Made by a program: the position numbers and the translations under genes | Source: a virus | Lineage: Duplodnaviria; Caudoviricetes | DNA length: 42,952 bases | Direction: 5' to 3' (one strand) | IMG/VR virus record: IMGVR_UViG_3300033489_000022 | Span: 1-42,952 of that record | In this document: positions 35,111 to 42,952 of the stretch, piece by piece | Position numbering within the stretch: position 1 is the stretch's first letter | Layout of the letters: each line of letters starts with the position of its first letter | The notes under the pieces: generated by a model | The model's input: the letters and a program-made list of their open reading frames with translations, nothing else | Databases searched by the model: none | What the model was told of the DNA's origin: nothing

Positions 35111-35698
35111 ATGGAAGGTATGCTTTCGATGAGAGGAAGTTTGATGGCGGTGCGCTCACCACGGGCACCACTGGCATGGAAGGTGCGCAATGCTCCAAAC
35201 ATGGCACGTGGCCTGTGGAGGTTGTGGATCGCCAAAGTCCTAAAATTGCCATTCCTGCATGGGCAACTCGAAGCAGTATTGATCAAGGCTGATGGGACAC
35301 GCATCAATTATGGCGTGGTGAGCCATCGCGTCGTGACCACGGCATTCGTCACGGCTCTAGCAACGTATATGTTCGATGGGTCGGGTGTCGCCCCAACGGC
35401 TTATGATTATCACGACGCGGGTATAGGCGTCGAGACCGAAGCAGTTGGGAATACCGCTTTGGGTACGCCCTGGGGCGGCGCGCGCACGAATGGGACGCCA
35501 ACGAACCCAAGCGCGGGTTTGTACGTGAGCGCAGGCACAATCGCATTCAACAACACATTCGCCATCACTGAGCACAGTTTGTTCAGTGCGGACACTGTTG
35601 GAACGGTGCTGGATCGGTCTTTGTTCTCTGCCATCAATGTCATCAACGGAGACTCTATCACATTCACATACACGTTGACCATTACTGCGGGTGGATAA
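35111..35698 (+). CDS. Hypothetical virion protein
   Basis: GGAGG RBS; AITEHSLF...LDRSLFSAINVINGDSITFTYTLT. Confidence 0.65.
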   Translation: MEGMLSMRGSLMAVRSPRAPLAWKVRNAPNMARGLWRLWIAKVLKLPFLHGQLEAVLIKADGTRINYGVVSHRVVTTAFVTALATYMFDGSGVAPTAYDYHDAGIGVETEAVGNTALGTPWGGARTNGTPTNPSAGLYVSAGTIAFNNTFAITEHSLFSADTVGTVLDRSLFSAINVINGDSITFTYTLTITAGG

Positions 35699-35706
35699 CA
35701 TGCGGG

Positions 35707-35988
35707 GTGATGATGGCCGCTGAAAATCAATTTACCAAAGATCCAGATGCGATTCTCGATTATCAGATTGATTGGTCGGCGTGGCTTGGCACGGATACGA
35801 TCAACACAAGCACATGGATCATGCCAACGGGCATAACAAAAGTCAGCGACAACAAGACCACTACGACGGCGACGGTTTGGCTGAGTGGCGGTACGAGCGG
35901 CACTCTTTATCGAGTGACCAATAGAATCCTCACGGTTGGCAATCGCACAGATGATCGGTCTCTTGAAATCTTTGTGGAGCAGCGATAG
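35707..35988 (+). CDS. Small virion adaptor-like protein
   Basis: FTKDPDAILDYQIDWSAWL...WLSGG..G..Y.VTNRI. Confidence 0.65.
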   Translation: MMMAAENQFTKDPDAILDYQIDWSAWLGTDTINTSTWIMPTGITKVSDNKTTTTATVWLSGGTSGTLYRVTNRILTVGNRTDDRSLEIFVEQR

Positions 35989-35990
35989 AG

Positions 35991-36018
35991 GCGCAAGATA
36001 ATCACGATTACTGATACT
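35991..36018 (+). repeat. dif/Xer-like 28-bp site 13
   Basis: GCGCAAGATAA-TCACGA-TTACTGATACT. Confidence 0.75.
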
Positions 36019-36027
36019 GGGGGGGGG

Positions 36028-36261
36028 ATGAAGCTGCGTGGCTGCATTCGACCCTTCACACAGCGGGAGATAGAGGTGCTTAACATGATCGCGCAAGGGA
36101 AGTCAAACCGGGAGATTGCCGACATGTTGGGGATCGCCTATCAGACGGCCAAGAACCATGCTTCCAGTGTGTTTTACAAGTGGGGCGTGCGATGCAGGAC
36201 TGAAGCTGCCATGAAGGTTTGGTTGAGGGGTTTGCCCATGGGCTGTAAGGCGAAGCTGTAA
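36028..36261 (+). CDS. Stand-alone LuxR/GerE-type HTH regulator
   Basis: FTQREIEVLNMIAQGKSNREIADMLGIAYQTAKNHASSVFYKWGV..RTEAA. Confidence 0.85.
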   Translation: MKLRGCIRPFTQREIEVLNMIAQGKSNREIADMLGIAYQTAKNHASSVFYKWGVRCRTEAAMKVWLRGLPMGCKAKL

Positions 36262-36344
36262 GCTCTGCGACTTTCCAACCGAGCGGAGCAACATCGAATT
36301 CAACAGGCGTGATGCCTGATAACTTTTGAACAGGAGATGGCGAG

Positions 36345-36953
36345 ATGCTATCCGAAACTACAGTGACAACATCGGGCGGGACGCCCGCAGGGACTGACGG
36401 ACAGGTGCCGCCGGTCGAAACGACAGTGACTTTCGATGCCTGGCTGGAGAAGCAGCCGGCTGAGATCAAGGCATTGTACGAGGCACACACAGGTGGGCTG
36501 AAATCGGCGCTGCAAAAAGAACGCGATGCCCGCAAAAAGCAGGACGAAGACGTCAAGGCGGCCGAAGCCAAGCGCAAGCAAGCGGAATTGTCCGAGCTGG
36601 ACCAGCTCAAGGCCAAGATCGCCGACTCTGAGAAGGCGAAGGTGGACGCTGAGGCCAGGGCGAATGATGCCCTCATCCGACACGCCGTCGAGATGGCGGC
36701 GACCCGGATGAAGTTCCACCGGCCCGAGGTGGCCTACCAGTTGCTTGACCTGGCCGAGGTCTCAATTGGGGATGACGGCAAGGTCGTGGGCGTGGATGAA
36801 GCACTCAAGAAACTGGTGAAGGATAACGCCTATCTGGTGAACAACAGCGCCGATTCACAACAGGATACGGACGCCGGCAAGCGCGGGCAAGGCAAACCTG
36901 ATCCCAAGGCGAAGCAAGAAGAGCTTCGCCGAAGGTACAGACTACCAGCATAA
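36345..36953 (+). CDS. Capsid scaffolding protein
   Basis: Charged coiled-coil upstream of capsid genes. Confidence 0.75.
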   Translation: MLSETTVTTSGGTPAGTDGQVPPVETTVTFDAWLEKQPAEIKALYEAHTGGLKSALQKERDARKKQDEDVKAAEAKRKQAELSELDQLKAKIADSEKAKVDAEARANDALIRHAVEMAATRMKFHRPEVAYQLLDLAEVSIGDDGKVVGVDEALKKLVKDNAYLVNNSADSQQDTDAGKRGQGKPDPKAKQEELRRRYRLPA

Positions 36954-36963
36954 GGAGGCCACT

Positions 36964-37389
36964 ATGGCCAATGAAGTTTCTTGCACTACGGCAGATGTGC
37001 GTCACCTGGAGGGCGCGCTGCGCCGCCGGGCGTGCGCTGCAGAAGCGCTGACGTTTGGCGCTGCTGTCTACATTTATAGTGCGACGGGCAAAATCCCGAA
37101 CGTGAAAAAGTGCGCGCCTGGCGCTCTGGCGACGGGCCATATGTTCGGCATCGTCATATCGGGCATATGGGGCGGGACGAGTATCGCCGACGGCGAGCCG
37201 TGCGACGTGGTCGTGCTCGGGCCTGTGACGGGCTATACCGGCATGACGCCCGGCGCGACGATCTGGGCTGGCAGTACCACGCCCGGCGCGCTCTCGACCG
37301 TGGTGGGAGCGAAATCTACTATCGTGGGTCTGGCGGAAAGCGCCACGACTGTTCTTGTACGGCCTGCTCAGGTCGTGCGATCCACTTGA
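36964..37389 (+). CDS. Head decoration/cement protein, paralogue 1
   Basis: Between scaffold and MCP; paralogous to next gene. Confidence 0.6.
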   Translation: MANEVSCTTADVRHLEGALRRRACAAEALTFGAAVYIYSATGKIPNVKKCAPGALATGHMFGIVISGIWGGTSIADGEPCDVVVLGPVTGYTGMTPGATIWAGSTTPGALSTVVGAKSTIVGLAESATTVLVRPAQVVRST

Positions 37390-37397
37390 GGTGAACG

Positions 37398-37817
37398 ATG
37401 GCAAATATTACTGTTACTGTGGCTGATGTTCGGAAAGAACAGGGAGCGATCAGCCGGCGCGCAAAGGCGACTGAGGCGCTGGCCTTCGGCGATGCTGTCT
37501 ACATTGATAGTGCCACGGATGCGATCCCGAACGTGAGCAAGGCAGTCGGGACCAACCTGGATACGGCCCACGCTTACGGCATCGTCGTGTCGGGCGCGCT
37601 GGGCGGGTCCAGTGTGGCGCTCGGCGAGGCTTGCGACGTGGTCGTGCTCGGGCCGGTCACGGGCTATACCGACCTGACGGCCGGCGGGACGGTCTGGGTC
37701 AGCGATACGGCAGGCCGACTCAGCAATACCGTGGGGACCTGTTCGTGCATTCTGGGCGTGGCGGAAAGCGCCACGACCGTTCTCGTGCGGCCCATCGAGG
37801 CCGTGCGATCCACCTAA
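37398..37817 (+). CDS. Head decoration/cement protein, paralogue 2
   Basis: Shares CDVVVLGPVTGYT and AESATTVLVRP with paralogue 1. Confidence 0.6.
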   Translation: MANITVTVADVRKEQGAISRRAKATEALAFGDAVYIDSATDAIPNVSKAVGTNLDTAHAYGIVVSGALGGSSVALGEACDVVVLGPVTGYTDLTAGGTVWVSDTAGRLSNTVGTCSCILGVAESATTVLVRPIEAVRST

Positions 37818-37830
37818 CGTGAGGTGAATC

Positions 37831-38931
37831 ATGGCAACTTTGGGACCGAACGATCTAAAACAATGGGCACTCCCGGCTGGCTGGGATGCGGCCCGTTTGA
37901 TGCAAATCTCGCTGCAGTCTGGCGAGAACTATGAGCAACTCGTCAGCGACATCACGCAAGGCCTGGCGATGGCCAATAATGCGCTGACCACTGACCCGCT
38001 GGTGGCGGGGTTGATCTCCACCACGACCGAACCGACCGTCGAGTATTCGTGCGGCGTGAGCAATGGATTCGAGGATCACACCGAATATACCATGCCGGAC
38101 GCCAAGCGCGGATTGACCACTGGCCACATGCTGCCACTCAATGCGTATGATCGGATGCTCGGCTGGACGTGGGATTTCTTGCGCAAGGCACGCCGGGCGC
38201 AGATTGACAACGACGTCGCGTCTGGGCTGCTCGATCTCAACGATATCTGGCAGAAAAAAGTCCTGACGCGGCTGTTCAAGTCCACCTACGATGCGGTAGG
38301 CAGCGCCGGCAAGTCCATGCCGTTCGCGGACGGCGGAACGGCGGATGCCACGTGGGTGCCGCCGTCACGCCCGGATCGCGGCGGAACGTTCGCCTACACG
38401 CACAACCATTTCCTACGCTACGACGGCATCACCCAGGCCAACCTGGAGTTGGCGGTAGGCCATCTGTGGGAACATGGGCACGATGGGCCTTACGAGCTGC
38501 TGGTGGCGCAAGCTGACATCGCCTCATGGACAGCCGTGGCGACGGTCACGGGTTGGGTCAAGCGGCCCGATGCGCAGATCCGTTACGGCGCGCAGACCGA
38601 TCTGGCGAACGTGGCCGGGGATTACCTGGGTGTCGTCGAGACCAGCTACGGCGCGTGCCGTGTGCGCGCGACCGGGCGCGTGCCGACCAAGTATTGGTCG
38701 GTGTACAAGACCGCTGGGAACATGGATCAGCGCAATCCGCTGCGCGTCTACGAGAGTCCGACCTATGGGCTGGGCTGCATCCTGCTGGCCGGCGATCATA
38801 TTCGCCAGTTCCCGCTCGAGCAGGCCATCCTGTTCTTCGAGTTCGGCGTGGGCGTGGGCGAGGACCGCACGGCGGCCGCGTGCGTCTACAACTATGCCAG
38901 CAGTACATACGTGATCCCGACGATCAGCTAA
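37831..38931 (+). CDS. Major capsid protein
   Basis: 366 aa after scaffold/decoration genes; GAGGTG RBS. Confidence 0.75.
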   Translation: MATLGPNDLKQWALPAGWDAARLMQISLQSGENYEQLVSDITQGLAMANNALTTDPLVAGLISTTTEPTVEYSCGVSNGFEDHTEYTMPDAKRGLTTGHMLPLNAYDRMLGWTWDFLRKARRAQIDNDVASGLLDLNDIWQKKVLTRLFKSTYDAVGSAGKSMPFADGGTADATWVPPSRPDRGGTFAYTHNHFLRYDGITQANLELAVGHLWEHGHDGPYELLVAQADIASWTAVATVTGWVKRPDAQIRYGAQTDLANVAGDYLGVVETSYGACRVRATGRVPTKYWSVYKTAGNMDQRNPLRVYESPTYGLGCILLAGDHIRQFPLEQAILFFEFGVGVGEDRTAAACVYNYASSTYVIPTIS

Positions 38932-38933
38932 TC

Positions 38934-38961
38934 GGGTCAGATAACTTCCATTACTCGTACA
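38934..38961 (+). repeat. dif/Xer-like 28-bp site 14
   Basis: GGGTCAGATAA-CTTCCA-TTACTCGTACA; followed by hairpin CAGGGGCCGG/CCGGCCCCTG. Confidence 0.65.
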
Positions 38962-39004
38962 GGGGCCGGGCGAGGATCCGGCCCCTGGTACAGGAGAAAA
39001 AACG

Positions 39005-39673
39005 ATGAACATCACCAGGGATCAATGGATCCAGATTGGAAAGATCGTACTCGTGGCCGTCCTGGCCATCCTGGCTGTGTTTGGCTACGACCTCGGCGTG
39101 ATCCAGCCGCGTGAAGCCCATCTCGGCCAAGTCGCTCCGGTGAGTAGCCAAGGGCTTGGATTCCAACAGTTTCAGAATCTCCGCGTCAATGGACAAAGTG
39201 CATTTGTCGGGGCTGAAACGCACGCTGGGACAGCAACCTTCGGAACTGTTATTGCTACCAGTCTCATCAGTCAGTCCGTTGGATTCATCGCGACCGGGGC
39301 AAGCGACTTTGTGTCTATGACTGTTACAGGGCCGCTGACAGTGACAGGCGCGGCGATACTCAACGGTGGACTTACAATGGATACCAGCGCATTTAGCGTG
39401 GCTGATACGACTGGCAATACCGTCGTGAGTGGCACACTGAATGTAACCAGCACTCTATCTCAAGGAGGCGTGTCGTTTACTGGCCCGCTCAAATATGGAA
39501 CTGCGGCGACCTATGCGAGCGAAGCGTCTATCTCGCACGGGTTTGCCACTACGCCGACGGCATGTATGCTGTGGCCTGCCGAAATCACGGCGACACTGAC
39601 CATCACGGCAACTGGCTTCTCATCGGACACGGCCGCGCACACCGACCCGATCTACTGGATGTGCGGCAAATAG
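39005..39673 (+). CDS. Hypothetical protein with N-terminal TM helix and fibre-like C-terminus
   Basis: IVLVAVLAILAVFG; Thr/Gly-rich repeats. Confidence 0.6.
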   Translation: MNITRDQWIQIGKIVLVAVLAILAVFGYDLGVIQPREAHLGQVAPVSSQGLGFQQFQNLRVNGQSAFVGAETHAGTATFGTVIATSLISQSVGFIATGASDFVSMTVTGPLTVTGAAILNGGLTMDTSAFSVADTTGNTVVSGTLNVTSTLSQGGVSFTGPLKYGTAATYASEASISHGFATTPTACMLWPAEITATLTITATGFSSDTAAHTDPIYWMCGK

Positions 39674-39689
39674 CAGCATAGGAGATGCC

Positions 39690-39923
39690 ATGATGATTCA
39701 GACATCCATCGGATTGCCCAACACGTGCGCCCAGTGCGGGAAGTCTTGCATTGGCGCATGGTGGGCTGAGAGTGTAGATGCTGCGCGCTCCGGCGATGGG
39801 CGGTGCGAAGCGTGCGCAAATCCGCGCCTGGCGCCAACTGATCAACCGGCGTTAGTGATGCCGGATGTTCCAACCGGCATGGCTCCAGCCAAGCGACGCA
39901 GACAGAAACGAGGCGAGGCGTGA
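39690..39923 (+). CDS. Small Cys-motif hypothetical protein
   Basis: CAQC...CEAC. Confidence 0.45.
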   Translation: MMIQTSIGLPNTCAQCGKSCIGAWWAESVDAARSGDGRCEACANPRLAPTDQPALVMPDVPTGMAPAKRRRQKRGEA

Positions 39924-40369
39924 GCTTTACCTACGACACCGCGACCGACATCGGCAAGATTCGTTTCGCCATCGGCGATGTGACGAGCGGAGCCGGCATC
40001 AAACCCGACGGGACGAATTTCTCCGATGAGGAGATCCAATTGCTGCTCACCCGTGAGGGGAATTGGGGCGCGGCGGCGGCGGCCTGCTGTGAAACGCTGT
40101 CGGTGTGGTATGCGCGCGTCGTCAATATCTCGGTAGGGCCGCGCCGCGAGGATCTGGGCGCGATCCGTCAGGCATATGTGGACCTGGCGGCGCAATTCCG
40201 CAAGCAGTACGGTGGCGGTGGCGTGGCGCACGGGTTCAGCGCCGGTGTGGTGCGCGTAGATGGCTATAGCCAGGATGTGGCTTCGGATGCGGTCACGCCC
40301 GAGTACGACACGGTGAATGTCGGCCAGCCGACGGAATACGGCGGGCGTGTAGTCTATATCATTTCCTGA
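39920..40369 (+). CDS. Head-tail adaptor
   Basis: MSFTYD...IRFAIGD...FSDEEI; synteny. Confidence 0.65.
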   Translation: MSFTYDTATDIGKIRFAIGDVTSGAGIKPDGTNFSDEEIQLLLTREGNWGAAAAACCETLSVWYARVVNISVGPRREDLGAIRQAYVDLAAQFRKQYGGGGVAHGFSAGVVRVDGYSQDVASDAVTPEYDTVNVGQPTEYGGRVVYIIS

Positions 40370-40384
40370 GCAAAACGAGGATGA

Positions 40385-40720
40385 ATGATGGCTCTGGACA
40401 TCCGGGCTGGTGACATTCTGGTCGTGGGCAGCACCGAGTATCCGATCCGTTCGGTGGCGGTGCAGGCCTTCCGGGTGGACGTGGGCGCGACGTTTCCGAT
40501 CCTGGCGACGGTGACGGCGAGCACCAAGCGTCCGCCGGCAATGAGCGGCCTTCCGCGCGGCGCGCCCGTGACGCAAATCGCCAGCTTAAAGTGCACTCCA
40601 CTGGATACGGTCAGCGCGGACGTGGCGATGCGGGCGGGACTGGATACGCCGATGAATCTCTTGCAGACGTTTTGCGACGGCGGGCGGATCCAACTCGTCG
40701 TGGAAAGGCTGCTGGTATGA
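40385..40720 (+). CDS. Head closure / head-tail joining protein
   Basis: DIRAGDILVV..TEYPIRSV; synteny. Confidence 0.5.
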   Translation: MMALDIRAGDILVVGSTEYPIRSVAVQAFRVDVGATFPILATVTASTKRPPAMSGLPRGAPVTQIASLKCTPLDTVSADVAMRAGLDTPMNLLQTFCDGGRIQLVVERLLV

Positions 40721-41169
40721 GCGCAAATTCTGTTAACCGCGAGACGAGCCGCGATGCGTTGACTCTGCTCCTGCAAACGGCGCTGGTGGGGACCGGATTG
40801 CCCGTAGGAGCCATTTTCAATTATCGCCCGGCCACATTCAGTACGGTGCCGGCAGTCGTGGTATCGAGCGACGGCACCGAACGGCTCACGGAAACGCTCG
40901 ACAATGCGTATGAGGATCGTTTCGCATTGCTTGTGTCTGTGTTCGTGCCCTACGCCGTGGCCGGCAGCGCGTGGGGGCCGGATGATGCCGAGGACGCGAT
41001 TGATCTGATCGAGAAAATGATCGCCGACGTGATTATGGATAATCGCGAGACCGTGAACTGGAACTATCTCGAACTTGCCGACCAATCGAAGGTTGACGAT
41101 ATCGTGATCGGGAGCGAGGAATTCAAGCGAGAGACGATCCCGGTCAAAGTCATTCGGTATCAAGGGTAG
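40717..41169 (+). CDS. Tail terminator/completion protein
   Basis: ATGA overlap; PAVVVSS motif, acidic; synteny. Confidence 0.6.
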   Translation: MSANSVNRETSRDALTLLLQTALVGTGLPVGAIFNYRPATFSTVPAVVVSSDGTERLTETLDNAYEDRFALLVSVFVPYAVAGSAWGPDDAEDAIDLIEKMIADVIMDNRETVNWNYLELADQSKVDDIVIGSEEFKRETIPVKVIRYQG

Positions 41170-41192
41170 CAAATAAGCGGCATTATGATACT
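41166..41192 (+). repeat. dif/Xer-like site 15 (1-bp shorter right arm)
   Basis: GTAGCAAATAA-GCGGCA-TTATGATACT. Confidence 0.6.
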
Positions 41193-41253
41193 GATCACGA
41201 AATGAAAAAGCCGCGCTTGCGGGCGCGCTGTCGAACTTGAACAACTGAATCAG

Positions 41254-41625
41254 CTATGATTTTCCCATTTCGGAGCGTACCTGATCTGCGTCGAGATTCT
41301 CTCCATAACGCGATTTGAGATCGCGCGCAATCTCATGCCATTCCTCTGTTCCGTGGTCGGTTGCCTCGCATGATCCATAGCGCGCAGCATACACGGCGGC
41401 AGCAGCCAGACTGAAACCAACCTGTGCGCTTGGATTCTGGTCGAGCAATCGTATATAGTGCGCTGTATTTCTCATTCCATGCCTCCTGGCTGGAAACAAA
41501 ACTGAGCGGATGTAATCACCTAATCCAATACCCGCGTCATCGGCGCGGGTCTCGATGTCGGCCCGCTCGGATTCAGTACATCGAACCGCCGGCAACGTGG
41601 CGTTTAGCAATTCCTGTTTTGGCAT
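41254..41625 (-). CDS. Ribbon-helix-helix (MobC/CopG-like) protein
   Basis: LPAVRCTESERADIETRADDAGIGLGDYIRSVLF. Confidence 0.6.
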   Translation of the reverse strand: MPKQELLNATLPAVRCTESERADIETRADDAGIGLGDYIRSVLFPARRHGMRNTAHYIRLLDQNPSAQVGFSLAAAAVYAARYGSCEATDHGTEEWHEIARDLKSRYGENLDADQVRSEMGKS

Positions 41626-41671
41626 GTTTTTTTTCCTTGCCCGCGTATCACGCCCACGGGCGGGCAGATAG

Positions 41672-42022
41672 CTAGTCACTCATTCTGTCGTAACAATCCG
41701 GGCACGATGTTCCCATGCTGGCACTCATTCGCTGGCCCTGGGGAACCGAATGCCCACAATCGCACCGCACCATAACCGGGGTCGGCGCATTGCGTTTTGT
41801 GCCAATCACACCGTAGGAATGGTCATAGTAGAAATTCGGGGACTTGCACCATTTGACAGGTTTCCCCGCTTCCAGAGTGGCGACAATTTCTTCTCTGGTT
41901 TTGCCCTCAATCACCATCGCGCCTGAAATGGCCGTTTCCAAATCTGATTCCGTGGGGGTTTTCCAAGACTTTCCCATGCTGCCAATGTATCCATCTGTCA
42001 TCGTCATGTGTTCGAGTTTCAT
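41672..42022 (-). CDS. Moron hypothetical protein with zinc finger
   Basis: AAAGGG RBS; CDCGH...CPDC. Confidence 0.7.
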   Translation of the reverse strand: MKLEHMTMTDGYIGSMGKSWKTPTESDLETAISGAMVIEGKTREEIVATLEAGKPVKWCKSPNFYYDHSYGVIGTKRNAPTPVMVRCDCGHSVPQGQRMSASMGTSCPDCYDRMSD

Positions 42023-42047
42023 TTTTATTTTCCCTTTCTCTGTATTC

Positions 42048-42084
42048 TGTAATACATTGTATCACAGAGTATTACACATGTCAA
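42048..42084 (-). promoter_or_regulatory. Strong sigma70 promoter with overlapping operator
   Basis: Minus strand TTGACA-17-(TGn)TACAAT; inverted repeat TGTAATAC (42048-55) / GTATTACA (42069-76). Confidence 0.7.
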
Positions 42085-42141
42085 TAGGTACGCAAAACTG
42101 TAACTCTATGTTCTAATCTGTTCTAATCGTAGCTGATTCAG

Positions 42142-42169
42142 GTGCAAAATAACAAGGATTATTGATACT
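42142..42169 (+). repeat. dif/Xer-like 28-bp site 16
   Basis: GTGCAAAATAA-CAAGGA-TTATTGATACT. Confidence 0.75.
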
Positions 42170-42177
42170 GAGCCGCC

Positions 42178-42813
42178 ATGAAGATCCTGGTTTTCACGCC
42201 CATCAAGAATCTCTACCTCAACACGCTGGTGGCCATCCATCAGATGGAATGGTCTAGCCCGATTGCCTGGGTACAGTGGTGCGATAATGCCGATCAGGAT
42301 GGGCGAGTGAATGTGGTGAATGCCTACAATGGCGGCCGGGCGTTGTGCCTTTCGGGCTGGGATGCGCTGTTGTGTATCGAGAATGACATCATCCCCCCTC
42401 GGGCTACGCTCCAGCGATTGGCGGCCGTCAAGGCCGACGTGATCTATGGCCTATATTGCTATCGTTACCCAGGTCATGCCTGGAATGCCTACCACAACGG
42501 ATACCAACTTTCGGCCAAGCCAGCGGAAGCGCGCGCGGCCTGGGGCAGCGTGTGCGAGGTTGAAGGCTACGGCCTGGGCTGCACATTGATTCACCGACAT
42601 GTGCTGGAGAAAATCGAATTCCGTATCACTCAGGGCAATGAGCTTCACTGCGACTCATACTTTGCCGAGGATGTGAAGGCGGCGGGATTCCGGCAGATAT
42701 GCGATCTGGGCGTGCGCTGCGGACACATCGTCAATCATTATCGAATCGTGTGGCCGGACATTGATCAGCCCAAGCTCTACCGCTATAGCTTCGGGGAGGT
42801 ATCGCGTGACTAA
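42178..42813 (+). CDS. Glycosyltransferase family 2-like protein
   Basis: LLCIENDII, GLGCTLIHRHVLEKI, DSYF...CGHI (GT-A-like motifs). Confidence 0.7.
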   Translation: MKILVFTPIKNLYLNTLVAIHQMEWSSPIAWVQWCDNADQDGRVNVVNAYNGGRALCLSGWDALLCIENDIIPPRATLQRLAAVKADVIYGLYCYRYPGHAWNAYHNGYQLSAKPAEARAAWGSVCEVEGYGLGCTLIHRHVLEKIEFRITQGNELHCDSYFAEDVKAAGFRQICDLGVRCGHIVNHYRIVWPDIDQPKLYRYSFGEVSRD

Positions 42814-42952
42814 AATACTGCGTTACGTTGGAAATCCCGGCCAGTTCATCATCGGCGTGCCAGCGCGGGATATGTTCGAAGATGAAGCCTTGCATTATGG
42901 CGGGATCGAGGCGCTGCTGGCGAGTCATCAGTACATCAAAGGCGATGTGTCC
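42804..42952. repeat. Terminal direct repeat, copy 2
   Basis: Matches 1-149. Confidence 0.95.

Overview
This is the complete (circularly permuted) genome of a temperate tailed phage with siphovirus-type gene order. Bases 1-149 recur at 42804-42952 with one mismatch, so the unit length is about 42,803 bp. It carries tail, integration/immunity (tyrosine integrase, intact attP matching the 3' half of a tRNA-Pro(GGG), XRE repressor and divergent Arc-like gene), early/replication, packaging and head modules, a tRNA with a CAT anticodon and a second tyrosine recombinase. Two non-coding systems stand out. (1) Two arrays of integron-type gene cassettes (21771-23178 and 24870-26410) contain about 10 attC sites with R''/L''/L'/R' boxes and extrahelical bases. 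Nine cassettes start with the reverse complement of their own R'' end (eight exactly, one with a G-to-A change), and no IntI is recognisable. (2) A family of 16 dif/Xer-like 28-bp sites (11-bp arm ending mostly ATAA, variable 6-bp spacer, TTAYYGATACT arm) is spread around the whole genome about every 1-4.5 kb, in both orientations, at gene or module boundaries and once at a protein-domain boundary. Product calls come from motifs and synteny only; no database searches were run.
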